Shown piece after piece: positions 29,501-38,896 of a DNA stretch of 64,000 nucleotides (the first letter of the stretch is position 1; the number at the start of each line of letters is the position of its first letter). The notes under the pieces were generated by a model. That model saw only the letters and a list, made by a program, of their open reading frames with translations, ran no database searches and was not told the DNA's origin. The position numbers and the translations under genes are program-made. The stretch comes from an uncultured Chlamydiales bacterium (lineage in GTDB: Bacteria; Chlamydiota; Chlamydiia; Chlamydiales; Rhabdochlamydiaceae): assembly GCA_963700985.1 (NCBI GenBank), contig OY969554.1:1184001-1248000 (forward strand). Reading direction: 5' to 3'.

Positions 29501-30107
29501 GAATCTCAACCAGATTTTTCCCATCTTTATCGCCTTGTGTCAGCGGCGTAAACACCAGCGAAAACTCAGCGGGATCGATCTCATATTTTTCTGGAGCGCG
29601 AAAGAAGGGCGAAATAGCCAAAAGCTCAGCGGACGTGACATACTCTTGCAGTAGCTGCTTTTGGAATTGTTCTTCTTGTCTTTGAACTTCTTTACTCTCT
29701 GCTTCTTTGATCTTCAGCATCAGATCCGCTTTCTCTTCGACATCGAAGTCTTCTTCTTCGGACATCTGCTTGAAGTCTTCCCCTTTAGAGAAGCTAACTA
29801 AAATACGGTCGAGGTGCTCTTCAATATAATAGAGTAGTGCCGCCAGATGCTGGCAATCGTAGTTATAAGGACAGTCGCAATCTGAATCGATTAGCTCGCA
29901 CTCTTCACGATCGATCTCAATTTGACATTCATAAGTATTCTCAAATTGCCCGCAGATTCGACCGACGATACGCATCACACGGCCGTCCAGTTGCATCAGT
30001 TTGGCGGAAACAACCTTACTTTTCTCAAAAAGTTCTTTTCCTTCTTTGACAATATTCGAAGAAAAATCTTGTTTTAGCTTACGAAAGTTGAGCATGCGCC
30101 TATCCAA
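26598..30107 (-). CDS. SWIM zinc finger SNF2/SWI2 helicase (CT708-like)
   Basis: CDCPYNYDCQH, LADDMGLGKT, LDEAQHIKN, SGTPIEN, QATDRVHRIGQ. Confidence 0.92.
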   Translation of the reverse strand: MDRRMLNFRKLKQDFSSNIVKEGKELFEKSKVVSAKLMQLDGRVMRIVGRICGQFENTYECQIEIDREECELIDSDCDCPYNYDCQHLAALLYYIEEHLDRILVSFSKGEDFKQMSEEEDFDVEEKADLMLKIKEAESKEVQRQEEQFQKQLLQEYVTSAELLAISPFFRAPEKYEIDPAEFSLVFTPLTQGDKDGKNLVEIQLALRLPSRSKPLHIPHVKQFLEKMRYGELLFIGSKRFRFSIESFDAAQQEIVRMIMDHARFPDSIGSERAQRAASIDGEVFGMILAKAFELASEDALRRGFSPQDEELPVLTGLYESSLESPLRFSLQPAQFRFALEYIPPPTSKILLNPTLIVDTQIVQLEEAKFFECAKPGMLYRNAYYRFAPQITRLHLRNLHPIREMTIPQPLFGTFVENALPELSRFTDVANQQVIEDFVTLPYVGQVKASCDLSFLNGELDAVVHFHYDKHKIPAASTQLAYAHVSSFVSDDGVLARNLVEERKIIEDLFSDFIFNPEMGAYVTKSDKKIVEFMTDLIPRHQDRVKFNCPQNLLDQFIYDQTKFKLNLTPTERIDMYEIDLKVEGSLKGVKLDQLWECVASKKAFIELESPKSKLKKASEGGKMAKILVLDLERIGNIVQVFDELGILTLEDHKIERPLWSLANIDADSFEGLPVEITISKKLLEIRKQMLGEKQLSFSAVPTEVKATLRTYQGEGVKWLERLRLMYLNGILADDMGLGKTLQAIVAISQLHGRGKKVSLIVCPTSLLYNWKEEFHKFNSGIKALVIDGVPSQRKKLIENFVQHDVVITSYTLLQKDIESYKAVPFSYVILDEAQHIKNRGTRNAKSVKMVQAEHRLILSGTPIENSLDELWSLFDFLMPGFLSGYERFVEKYVRVSGPEQVKNLEYLRKKVAPFILRRMKVDVLDDLPPVSEIVYHCQLSDVQQDLYRSYAASARDELTKLVQRDGFDRVQIHVLATLTRLKQICCHPAIFAKEKPESGDSSKYEMLLDLVQTLIDGKHKTVIFSQYTRMLQIMRADFEQKGIRFEYLDGSSKNRLEVVKKFNDDASIPVFLVSLKAGGTGLNLVGADTVIHYDMWWNPAVENQATDRVHRIGQKNSVSAYKLITLGTIEEKIAEMQKRKKGLVKKVVSCDDEAISKLTWEDVLELLKT

Positions 30108-30325
30108 TAAGACATTATAACCCCTCTCCTACTCCTTCGCATCCGCTTAGGAAATTTGAAAGATTCACGATTTTCGGTAGTTTCTCCATGCTTTTACATT
30201 TTTTCTTTAACTCTCGCAACAAAAAATCTGCCAAAAATCTAAATCCTCAGTAGAAAATTCATTTCTTTGTCGAAAAAGGATGAAAAAAAAAGCTCAGAAC
30301 TTTAATGTCTTTCTTTTGATTTATT

Positions 30326-30397
30326 GCGGGTGTAGCTCAGTGGTAGAGCATCACGTTGCCAACGTGAGGGTCGTGAGTTCGAACCTCATCACCCGCT
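30326..30397 (+). tRNA. tRNA-Gly(GCC)
   Basis: GCGGGTGTAGCTCAGTGGTAGAGCATCACGTTGCCAACGTGAGGGTCGTGAGTTCGAACCTCATCACCCGCT. Confidence 0.96.
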
Positions 30398-30416
30398 ATA
30401 TCTTTTAGGAGACTCA

Positions 30417-31757
30417 ATGGAAAATCAGCCTGAAGCGCACCAGTTCTCGAATGATGCTGTAAGCGTGACCATCCACCATAAACCCAATTGCCGCGTGGAA
30501 TATGAGGTTGACGCTAGGCCCTCTTTAGTGAGACAAGCGCATCAGAAAGCTGTTCGAATGCTAGCTAAAGAAATCTCGCTGCCTGGTTTCCGCAAAGGAA
30601 AAGCTCCAGAAGAACTCATCGTTAAAAAATTCCCGAACGACTTAGATAAAGCTTGGCAAGAAGCTATCGCTGAGTTGGCTTATCGCGAATGTGCGAACCT
30701 CGCACGCGTGACTCTTTTAAATAAAGACACCAGAATCACCTTTAAGATGAGCAGCCACTCTCTACAAGATGGCGCTAAACTCTTCCTTACTTTTGAAACC
30801 CAACCTCAACTTCCTAATATCGATCCTAAAGTGATCCAACTTAAAGATGTTGTCCGGCCAGAAGTGAATGATGAGAAAGTCGAAGAGACCATCAAACAAG
30901 TACAACTCTTCTTTGCAGAATGGAAAGAGATCACAGATCGTCCAGTTAAAGAAGGAGACTTCGTTCTTCTTGATGTCGACGTCATTGAAGAAGAGCCTGC
31001 TGCACGCCTCTTTGCAAATACACGCTTTGAAGTTACGCCAAAATCTATGGCAGAATGGATGCGCAAACTCGTAATTGGAATGAATAGCGCCGAACAGAAA
31101 GAAGGCGTCAGCGTTCCAGATGAAGACGCAAAAGCAGAAGACAAAGCTCAGCTAAAGCCTAAAAAAGTACGCATCACCTTAAAAGCCATCGAAAATGCCA
31201 CCGTTCCTCCAATCGATGAAGAGTTCGCTAAGAAACTCGGTGTAGACACTCTCGAAGATTTGCGTAAATCGTTGCTTCAGCACCTTAATAAGCAAGCCGA
31301 TGCCCATGTGCAAGAGAAGCTACGTGAACAACTCAATGAGATTCTGCTCAATCAGTTCCCCTTTGATCTGCCCAGCAGCCTGATCGAAAAAGAAACTCAA
31401 TTCCGCATGAAACAGCTCCTTGAAGACACTCATTTCCAAAAAGAGTGGCAAGCGATGAAAGACGAAGAGCGCAAAAAGATGGTAGAATCTGTCTATACAC
31501 AGTCAGAAAAAGCCGTGCGCCTCTTTTACCTCTGCCGTAAGGTTATTGCAGATGCAAAACTCACTATCACTGCAGCTGACATGCCTAAGGCCCCAACTAA
31601 CGCTCTCGAAGCGCTCATGACCCCGCAGCCTAACTTCCATGCTCATGAGCACTCCGAAGTACGACAAGCCGAGACCTACTCGCGCCTCGTCCTCGAAAAG
31701 GCCGAAGACTACCTCATCTCCCACGCCACCAAATCCCCTGCCCTCACCTCCAAATAG
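30417..31757 (+). CDS. tig: trigger factor
   Basis: LPGFRKGKAP signature; position before clpP-clpX. Confidence 0.92.
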   Translation: MENQPEAHQFSNDAVSVTIHHKPNCRVEYEVDARPSLVRQAHQKAVRMLAKEISLPGFRKGKAPEELIVKKFPNDLDKAWQEAIAELAYRECANLARVTLLNKDTRITFKMSSHSLQDGAKLFLTFETQPQLPNIDPKVIQLKDVVRPEVNDEKVEETIKQVQLFFAEWKEITDRPVKEGDFVLLDVDVIEEEPAARLFANTRFEVTPKSMAEWMRKLVIGMNSAEQKEGVSVPDEDAKAEDKAQLKPKKVRITLKAIENATVPPIDEEFAKKLGVDTLEDLRKSLLQHLNKQADAHVQEKLREQLNEILLNQFPFDLPSSLIEKETQFRMKQLLEDTHFQKEWQAMKDEERKKMVESVYTQSEKAVRLFYLCRKVIADAKLTITAADMPKAPTNALEALMTPQPNFHAHEHSEVRQAETYSRLVLEKAEDYLISHATKSPALTSK

Positions 31758-31806
31758 CGGAGAGCAGATTTTGGTTTATTCAGGGATTGCTTCCTCTTAG
31801 TTAAAT

Positions 31807-31870
31807 ATAGACATGTCGGGGGTTCGGAGAGGGACACGTGAGTGCTCTCCTGAACCCCCGACATGTCTAT
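31807..31870. repeat. 64-bp palindrome, mini version of the 9915-10422 element
   Basis: atagacatgtcgggggttc...gaacccccgacatgtctat; shares TAGACATGTCGG termini. Confidence 0.85.
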
Positions 31871-31989
31871 GGAGATACAACAAACATATCTCCCACATAC
31901 TCCTCTTCACCAATTCAAATAAAGTAACAGAGTCTTGCCATAATAATCGGAAGAACGGCAATATACTGATATTACCACCTTGGAGGGAT

Positions 31990-32595
31990 ATGTACTCGAT
32001 CCCGTATGTTATTGAAGATACAGGACGTGGCGAACGCGCCATGGATATCTACTCGCGGCTTCTGAAGGACCGCATTGTCTTTATTGGAACAGAAATCAAC
32101 GACCAAGTAGCAAATACTGTCATTGCACAGCTGCTATTCTTGCGCGCGGAAGACCCTAAGAAAGATATCAACGTCTACATCAACTCCCCTGGCGGCTACA
32201 TCAATGCTGGCCTGGCCATCTACGATACGATGCGCTTTATGGGGTATGAGATTAACACTTATTGCCTAGGCCAAGCGGCTTCTATGGCATCTCTCCTCCT
32301 CGCTGCTGGCACGAAGGGTAAACGCTTTGCACTGCCAAACAGCCGGATTATGATTCACCAACCATCGGGCGGAATCACAGGTACTTCCTCTGATATCCAT
32401 CTTCAGGCCAAAGAAATTTTGGTCCTCAAGCAAATCTGTGCGCAGATTACGGCGGAGTTAACCGGCCGGCCGCTTGAGAAGATTCTCGAAGATTCTGAAA
32501 GAGACTTCTATATGAGTCCTACAGAAGCCGTGAATTATGGTATTATAGACAAAATAGCAATCCAGGCTCCACGCTTACCGACCGCAGTTAAATAA
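31990..32595 (+). CDS. clpP: ATP-dependent Clp protease proteolytic subunit (ClpP2 type)
   Basis: [37 protein letters not shown] 31990 with ggaggg RBS. Confidence 0.96.
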   Translation: MYSIPYVIEDTGRGERAMDIYSRLLKDRIVFIGTEINDQVANTVIAQLLFLRAEDPKKDINVYINSPGGYINAGLAIYDTMRFMGYEINTYCLGQAASMASLLLAAGTKGKRFALPNSRIMIHQPSGGITGTSSDIHLQAKEILVLKQICAQITAELTGRPLEKILEDSERDFYMSPTEAVNYGIIDKIAIQAPRLPTAVK

Positions 32596-32608
32596 TAGAG
32601 ATACTACA

Positions 32609-33832
32609 ATGGTAAAAAAGGAAAAAGAAGTGCCCAGCTGTTCATTTTGTGGGCGTACTGAAGAAGCCGTAGAGAAACTCATCTCAGGTCCAGATACATT
32701 TATCTGTGATAAGTGCGTAAGACTCTGCATGGAAATCGTCGAGAAAAAACCGATCCACCATGAACTTAAAGTCTTAAAGCCAAAAGAGATCAAAGAAGCT
32801 CTAGATGAGTATGTCATCGGCCAAATCAGCGCGAAAAAGACCATTGCTGTTGCTGTTTACAATCACTATAAAAGACTGCGCGCCTTGAATAAGGAAAAAG
32901 GCGTTGAATACGTTAAATCAAACGTACTTCTTCTCGGACCTACAGGTTCTGGCAAGACACTCATTGCACGCACGCTAGCCAATATCCTCGATGTGCCTTT
33001 TGCAATCGCCGATGCCACCACTTTAACTGAAGCGGGCTATGTCGGCGAAGACGTCGAGAATATCATCCTACGCCTCGTCCAAGCTGCTGATTATGACATC
33101 GCCAGAGCTGAGATGGGCATTATCTATGTGGATGAGATCGATAAGATTCGTAAAACGACCAGCAACGTCTCGATTACACGTGACGTTTCAGGTGAAGGCG
33201 TACAGCAAGCCCTACTCAAAATCGTTGAAGGCACAGTGGCTAACGTCCCCCCCAAAGGCGGCCGCAAGCACCCTAATCAAGAGTATATCAAGGTCAATAC
33301 ACAGAACATTCTCTTTATCGTGGGCGGGGCCTTTGTACACCTAGACAAAATGGTAGCTAAGCGCCTAGGGAAAACCACCATCGGCTTCGATGCGGCTGAA
33401 AGCCGTAATTTCGATGCGACTGAAACCAACTACCTGCTCTCTAAAGTAGAGCCTGCTGATCTAGTGGAATTTGGGTTGATTCCTGAATTTGTCGGCCGGT
33501 TTAACAGTCTTGCGAATTGCAATGAGCTGACGATAGACGACCTGGTAGACATTCTGATTAAGCCCAAGAACGCTATTGTGCGCCAATATCAGCAGCTTTT
33601 CCAAGAAGAAGGCGTAAGCTTGAATTTCACTGAAGATGCACTCCGCTCCTTGGCTGAAAAAGCCAAAGAAACTGGCACAGGTGCGCGCGCTCTGCGGATG
33701 ATCGTCGAAGGTCTTCTATTGGAGTTGATGTTTGAGGTTCCCTCTGATCCTTCGATCAAAGAGATCCTGATTGACAAGTCGTGCATCACCGAGCGCACTG
33801 CGCCCATAGTTAAACGCACTAATTCAGCTTAG
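32609..33832 (+). CDS. clpX: ClpX ATPase
   Basis: CSFCG zinc finger, [25 protein letters not shown] loop. Confidence 0.97.
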   Translation: MVKKEKEVPSCSFCGRTEEAVEKLISGPDTFICDKCVRLCMEIVEKKPIHHELKVLKPKEIKEALDEYVIGQISAKKTIAVAVYNHYKRLRALNKEKGVEYVKSNVLLLGPTGSGKTLIARTLANILDVPFAIADATTLTEAGYVGEDVENIILRLVQAADYDIARAEMGIIYVDEIDKIRKTTSNVSITRDVSGEGVQQALLKIVEGTVANVPPKGGRKHPNQEYIKVNTQNILFIVGGAFVHLDKMVAKRLGKTTIGFDAAESRNFDATETNYLLSKVEPADLVEFGLIPEFVGRFNSLANCNELTIDDLVDILIKPKNAIVRQYQQLFQEEGVSLNFTEDALRSLAEKAKETGTGARALRMIVEGLLLELMFEVPSDPSIKEILIDKSCITERTAPIVKRTNSA

Positions 33833-33855
33833 GATTGTGTTGCTTGGAAGTGTGA

Positions 33856-34503
33856 TTAGCTTCTTTTACTTTCGGGACGTTCACGTCTGCTAGGGTCTAG
33901 TCCTAGTCCAGATCCGTCGTCAGACTCGTCGTCGGATTCATCTAAATCATCAACTTCTCTGCTGCTAGGGTCATCTCTTCTTTCCACAGGCTCTGCAGCT
34001 TCCAAATCAGCCAGAACCTTGTCATGGGCCTGGGTAATGCTACGACCTAGATCCATAATCGCTTGAATGAGCAGCGCAGAATTTGCATGAGTTGCTGTAT
34101 CTAACGGATTAAAAGTTGCTTCTCCCATTCTACGTCTGCTGAGAGTTCTAAATTCGTAGTTAGGGTTTTTCTCAGCTCCATCTTGCCTTGTACGGTCAAA
34201 ATCAAAGCGAAAAGCGGCCGCTGCATCAATTTCTTCTGCGGTCATTCTTTCTAGAGCAGCCTTAACTTTATCAGTAAGAGCAGTTAGCTGATCTGGCTTA
34301 AAAGGGTCACCACTTTTTCCATCGGGGGTATTTCGAATAAAGGTAACGTCGAACATGACGGGGCCTTTAGTGCCCATTACCGTAATGCGTCCTTTGACAG
34401 AATGGATGTTTAATTTGTCGTGATGACTCCCTAAAGCGGGACCACTATCAACCTCAATTCGGACACCTCTAGGAGGGGTAGCTGAAGAAAGAGGAGCAGC
34501 CAT
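33856..34503 (-). CDS. hypothetical protein with acidic tail (effector candidate)
   Basis: 215 aa ORF with its own promoter and aaggtg RBS. Confidence 0.6.
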   Translation of the reverse strand: MAAPLSSATPPRGVRIEVDSGPALGSHHDKLNIHSVKGRITVMGTKGPVMFDVTFIRNTPDGKSGDPFKPDQLTALTDKVKAALERMTAEEIDAAAAFRFDFDRTRQDGAEKNPNYEFRTLSRRRMGEATFNPLDTATHANSALLIQAIMDLGRSITQAHDKVLADLEAAEPVERRDDPSSREVDDLDESDDESDDGSGLGLDPSRRERPESKRS

Positions 34504-34533
34504 AATTCACACCTTTATTAAGTTTATACATTT

Positions 34534-34562
34534 ATTATACTTAAAATAATTTATTTAGTCAA
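34534..34562 (-). promoter_or_regulatory. sigma66-type promoter
   Basis: TTGACT-17 bp-TATAAT, 30 bp upstream of the ATG at 34503. Confidence 0.7.
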
Positions 34563-34612
34563 TATTAAGCTGCATTTATACTAAAGCTTAACTCACTGAA
34601 TATTAACTAAAT

Positions 34613-34641
34613 AAAAAAGGAGAGTCTTTGGACTCTCCTTT
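34613..34641 (-). terminator. intrinsic terminator closing the 34664-39304 operon
   Basis: aaaggagagtc-tttg-gactctccttt hairpin with T run on the minus strand. Confidence 0.8.
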
Positions 34642-34663
34642 AGCACCTCTTCTTCGCAGAAGA

Positions 34664-35392
34664 TTAGTGCGCCTGAGACATAATCACAGCCCACTGGAGG
34701 GACTGAGCTGCCAAGTTGGTTGTTTGGCCGAAGAACTGTTGTAAGTTCTGCGCCGCACCTTCCGTACTTGCCATCTGGCTACTTGTGATCTCAGAAAGAG
34801 CCTGTGCTTTTTGAGATTCCGCCTGCTCAATAGCAGCACGTGAAGTATAAGGAGCTTGACCCAATGCACCGGCACCTTGTGTAAGAGGAACCACGCCTTG
34901 ACCAAGCAAGCCACCGATTCGCTCGTACTGTCCCCACTCTTTTGCCAAGATATCTCTTCGAAGTTCTTTCTGCGCAGCTGTCATCGTCCCTTCGCCCGGG
35001 TTAGCAGCGACAGGAGCTTGACCCTCGCGTAATAGATCCACTCGCATTCCGGCTACTTTCTCGGCGTTTGCTGCAGCAACTTCTGGAGTCTTCTCTAGCT
35101 TGTTCAAGTCTGATAAGTGTCCAGCAGTTCCGTAGAGACCAACCACTCCACCCGCGATTCCGGCTGCACCACCTGCAATTCCGCAGAAGCCCTGAATCGT
35201 TTGTCCCATCGCTTGATTAAGACCTGAGTTCGTAGTCGCTTGTGCAAGAGAATCGACGATCTCCATCTTCGTTTTGATACACTCTCTGATGATTCCGTTA
35301 GCTACGTTGACACCCTCATTTAGATCATGGAGGAGACTTCCAGCCATCGCGATAATTTTTCCTTGTAACATTGGGTTAACTTCTGATGACAT
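34664..35392 (-). CDS. putative T3SS translocator-like protein (SctB/CopD-like)
   Basis: Gly/Ala hydrophobic segment GFCGIAGGAAGIAGGVVGLYG; second segment IGGLLGQGVVPL; Q-rich amphipathic C-terminal helix. Confidence 0.5.
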   Translation of the reverse strand: MSSEVNPMLQGKIIAMAGSLLHDLNEGVNVANGIIRECIKTKMEIVDSLAQATTNSGLNQAMGQTIQGFCGIAGGAAGIAGGVVGLYGTAGHLSDLNKLEKTPEVAAANAEKVAGMRVDLLREGQAPVAANPGEGTMTAAQKELRRDILAKEWGQYERIGGLLGQGVVPLTQGAGALGQAPYTSRAAIEQAESQKAQALSEITSSQMASTEGAAQNLQQFFGQTTNLAAQSLQWAVIMSQAH

Positions 35393-35424
35393 ATAATTAG
35401 TTCCTTTTGTATTTATTTATTAGT

Positions 35425-36063
35425 TTATCTAATTCCTAGAGTTCCATTAACGGCTTCTTTACCAGCTGTACTAATACCCTCGTTAATCTCTCTATTACCT
35501 TTAGAAACGCTCTTCGCCAATTGACCCATGTGCGTAAACGCATCTCCCAACTGACTAATCATCCACTTACTGGTTGACTGATAGTTCTGCTGCGTTCCTG
35601 TGATCTTAGCGAGCGTTCCGCTTTGGTGAGCGAGCTGTTCTGAAAGGTTAGCGCTCTGAAGATTGTAAGAGCCTTCAACTACGCTTGTAACTCCACCAGC
35701 AATACCTGTAAGAGAAGCAACCGTAGCGGCACCGATTCCAGCTACACCACCTAAAAATCCAGCTGCACCTCCAGCTATTCCACCAACCACCGCAAGAGCA
35801 ATCATATAAGGCTGTATAGCCTTCATCGTGCTTGCATGATCTTCGATCTTCGAGCGAAGCTCGGCGGCATTATGGTTCAAAGTCTTGAGAAGATCTGCTG
35901 TTGTCTGAATGCCCTTAGAAATATCATCGGCAGCATTCCCTTGAGTCAGCACACTCTCTCTGATCGCTTGGTTGAGCAGAACAAACAGATCACATAAAGC
36001 AACGGATGGATTCCGTAATGCTTGGGAAGGCGATCTACTTTCTGTGTTTAATACGATACTCAT
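35425..36063 (-). CDS. putative secreted helical protein with long hydrophobic hairpin
   Basis: YMIALAVVGGIAGGAAGFLGGVAGIGAATVASLTGIAGGV flanked by coiled-coil-like helices. Confidence 0.55.
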   Translation of the reverse strand: MSIVLNTESRSPSQALRNPSVALCDLFVLLNQAIRESVLTQGNAADDISKGIQTTADLLKTLNHNAAELRSKIEDHASTMKAIQPYMIALAVVGGIAGGAAGFLGGVAGIGAATVASLTGIAGGVTSVVEGSYNLQSANLSEQLAHQSGTLAKITGTQQNYQSTSKWMISQLGDAFTHMGQLAKSVSKGNREINEGISTAGKEAVNGTLGIR

Positions 36064-36082
36064 TTTTATTACTCCTTTAGGA

Positions 36083-36736
36083 TTATACTGACCAAACCAT
36101 GTTTTTGAACGACTGGATCGAACCTTGGAACATGTTACTTGCTTGCGATTTCGTCTCGAAAGAAGGGTTAATGTCCTGGCTCATAATCCTATTCATATCG
36201 TTCTGGTCTTGCTGAACAAGTGACTGCATGCGCTGAACATTACTGTTCGCTTCACCTTGCTTACCAGTGTCATACTCCATGTGCGATGGCACATAATCCG
36301 TATTTCCGTTGTTATCTCGACCTTGCATAATCGCATAGGCAATACCGATCACGGCTGCTGCTGCTGCCATAAAAATAAGACCGGCACCCGCAAAACCTAC
36401 AGTAGCTACGCCAAAATATCCTAAAACTGCTCCAACGATCAAAAGGGCACTACATACGCCGCTAATTGCCATCGTAGCCATACCTTTACTGTTAATATTG
36501 TAAGAAGCCGCTGTTTCTCCCTTTTTACCAGCTTCTGGAAGAAGAGCTGCGCTCTCTTTCCACTCTTCTAAGTGAGTTTTGTATCCATCACTGATAACGC
36601 TCTGCTTCGTGTAATCCAGGAAGAGCTTTTCATCAGTTGTTTTTATACTCTTAGACTGAGCATCCATGATGAGCAGCCACACGTTACCGCCGAAGCTTCC
36701 TGCTGAATGAGTGTCTTGTATTGCTTGTTCCGACAT
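36083..36736 (-). CDS. putative secreted protein with bilobed hydrophobic domain (Inc- or translocator-like)
   Basis: ~50 aa hydrophobic stretch MAISGVCSALLIVGAVLGYFGVATVGFAGAGLIFMAAAAAVIGIAYAIM. Confidence 0.55.
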   Translation of the reverse strand: MSEQAIQDTHSAGSFGGNVWLLIMDAQSKSIKTTDEKLFLDYTKQSVISDGYKTHLEEWKESAALLPEAGKKGETAASYNINSKGMATMAISGVCSALLIVGAVLGYFGVATVGFAGAGLIFMAAAAAVIGIAYAIMQGRDNNGNTDYVPSHMEYDTGKQGEANSNVQRMQSLVQQDQNDMNRIMSQDINPSFETKSQASNMFQGSIQSFKNMVWSV

Positions 36737-36759
36737 AATTTACCTTTTATTAATTTTTG

Positions 36760-37248
36760 TTATTTTCGTGTTCTTTCAGTTAACAGGTAAGAGTGTAAAG
36801 CTCCACCAAACATAATACTGTCTTCTTTAATCATGGTCTGTGATGGGTCGATTCCGTTTTTAAACTCTGTTACCATCTTACCGCGTGAAAAAGAGAGCTT
36901 CGATTCTTCAGCTTGCACTTGCGCCATCTGAGCTTGAATCTTACGTAGATCCGTATCGATCTTTTTAGAATCGGTAGGATCGGTCTGTTTACTTACTTCA
37001 ATCAGCCTGCGCAATTCAGCTTGAGCTGCTTTAACAACTTCATTCTGGGCATCAAACTCGCCCTTCAGAACCTCTTCTTTCTCAAGACCAAGTTCAATAC
37101 GTTCTTGTTGAGCACCCATATGCTGCAACATGATCATCAAGATCAGCATGAAAGCGTTCTGCGAAACATCACTACCAGCTTCCTTCTCTAAAACAGCTGC
37201 TGGTGCAGGAGCGCCTACTGGAGGCAGTGGATTTAAAAAACTACTCAT
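36760..37248 (-). CDS. putative secreted coiled-coil protein (DUF720-like architecture)
   Basis: PLPP N-terminus, AFMLILMIML patch, coiled coil; C-terminal motif shared with 36083 gene. Confidence 0.5.
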   Translation of the reverse strand: MSSFLNPLPPVGAPAPAAVLEKEAGSDVSQNAFMLILMIMLQHMGAQQERIELGLEKEEVLKGEFDAQNEVVKAAQAELRRLIEVSKQTDPTDSKKIDTDLRKIQAQMAQVQAEESKLSFSRGKMVTEFKNGIDPSQTMIKEDSIMFGGALHSYLLTERTRK

Positions 37249-37264
37249 AATTTCTCCTGTTTTA

Positions 37265-38053
37265 TTATTCTTTTTCTAACTTCGAGAGGAACAAAAAGCC
37301 CAGTCTAATGATTTGGAGGGCATTATCAAGCGAGGCATGGGCTTGGCCTGAAAGAACGCTTGAACGCTCGTTCAAACTTCCTGATGTACCAGTGACCAGA
37401 GCAGTCTGCTCTTTTTCGATCCCGGCTTTCAGGAGGTTAGCATCGTTCATCTCAGCCGCAATCACGCCAGCTTTTGAAGCCATATCTTTAAGTGTCGAAA
37501 CAGCCGAACCAATTTTCGCAGCAGCCAAAGCTATTGCTGCAGGCGGGAATAAAAGGCCTACGCCTAACATGTATTGCCCCACTAATTTAGCAGTTGCAAG
37601 GGCGATTGTCCCTGCATCGATGTTCTTAGCATCAGCTAAATTATCTATGCCTAAGGTGCGTAAAGCATCTTTAACGCTATCACTATTTCCGAGATCTTCA
37701 AGTTTAGCTAAGCTACCATCAATTTTCTTCTGAACCGCATCGAGTTGCTTGCCATAATTTTCCAGTTTCGTGAGCAGTTCTGTAGCGTTTTGGAGGCCAA
37801 GAGCTCCCCCTGTTAAACACGCTTTTTGCGTGTCATCTACATGGTAAGCAATATAACTCTTCAAGAAAGCTTCAATAGCTTTCATGTTACCGTTATACCG
37901 ATTCAACATCTGATACATCTGCTTCATGAACTCTGAAGAACTTAAATCTCCACTGGCAACTGACTGAGAAGTAGCGCCTGCATCACTAGCCGCAGCTAGA
38001 GCTTGCATCACAGCGTACATCGCATTGTCAGAAGTTGCATTTACTGGGTTCAT
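37265..38053 (-). CDS. putative secreted helical protein with hydrophobic segment
   Basis: IALATAKLVGQYMLGVGLLFPPAAIALAAAKIG; coiled coils on both sides. Confidence 0.55.
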   Translation of the reverse strand: MNPVNATSDNAMYAVMQALAAASDAGATSQSVASGDLSSSEFMKQMYQMLNRYNGNMKAIEAFLKSYIAYHVDDTQKACLTGGALGLQNATELLTKLENYGKQLDAVQKKIDGSLAKLEDLGNSDSVKDALRTLGIDNLADAKNIDAGTIALATAKLVGQYMLGVGLLFPPAAIALAAAKIGSAVSTLKDMASKAGVIAAEMNDANLLKAGIEKEQTALVTGTSGSLNERSSVLSGQAHASLDNALQIIRLGFLFLSKLEKE

Positions 38054-38089
38054 ATATTTCCTATTATAATTTATTATTTTATCTACTTC

Positions 38090-38863
38090 TTAAGGGTGAT
38101 CATTTAAGTGCTGAATGATCGTATCAATCAATGACCCTAAAGATTTAATAAAGTTCTGACCTACTTGGTGGTCCTGCTGGAGGCTGGCACCTTCAACGTT
38201 CAACTGTTGGTTCAAACCAGAGATAAAACTCTGATAGTCACTCTCTACAGTTTTCAACGAAGGTGAACCGGCTTTACCGCCTTCAGTCCACGTTTTAAAA
38301 TTGCTCGTGTCTGGCTTTTTCACTGCATCACCGGCAGCATGGAAAAGGGCCGCCGCTAACTCATCATCTTTACCGCCAGAAATCATCTCGCCGATCGATT
38401 GATTCTTACCGTCTGGTCTCCAGTTGATCTTATCGTTCCAGATCATCTCGTTCGATTCCGCAACCTCGTTCATACCGTCTTTAGTGTACTTATCGATCAT
38501 GTTGTACTTAGTAGCTAAGTTACGCATCTCAGTTAAGTCTTTCTTAAACGCAGCTACTTCTTTCTTAAATTCAGGATCTTGCATCGCATCCATATCAGAC
38601 GCATTCGGGTGAGCCGCTTTCCATTTCTGGATTCGCGCGATATCTCCGTCTACTTTTTGCGTGATCGACTGCATATCACTAAAAGCACTCGATTCGTTAG
38701 CCATCTTAGCAACTTTGTCGCCGATCCCTTCGATTGCCATAATAAGTTGAGCAATCAGGAAGAACATCGACTGTTCTTTATCGTCATAATTTTTATTGCC
38801 TGACTTCTCTAACATCTCGATCATGAGTTGGTTTACATCGACATGTTTTACTGGTGTTGCCAT
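38090..38863 (-). CDS. putative hydrophilic T3SS tip/filament-like protein
   Basis: No TM segment; long N- and C-terminal amphipathic helices (YQSFISGLNQQLNVEG...NFIKSLGSLIDTIIQHL). Confidence 0.45.
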   Translation of the reverse strand: MATPVKHVDVNQLMIEMLEKSGNKNYDDKEQSMFFLIAQLIMAIEGIGDKVAKMANESSAFSDMQSITQKVDGDIARIQKWKAAHPNASDMDAMQDPEFKKEVAAFKKDLTEMRNLATKYNMIDKYTKDGMNEVAESNEMIWNDKINWRPDGKNQSIGEMISGGKDDELAAALFHAAGDAVKKPDTSNFKTWTEGGKAGSPSLKTVESDYQSFISGLNQQLNVEGASLQQDHQVGQNFIKSLGSLIDTIIQHLNDHP

Positions 38864-38896
38864 AGTTTTTTATTCCTTTTATTATTGTTAATCTTA

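Noticed and set aside
31813-31989. 59-aa N-terminal extension of ClpP
   Set aside because: That ATG lies inside the palindrome; ATG 31990 has a strong RBS and matches the normal ClpP start
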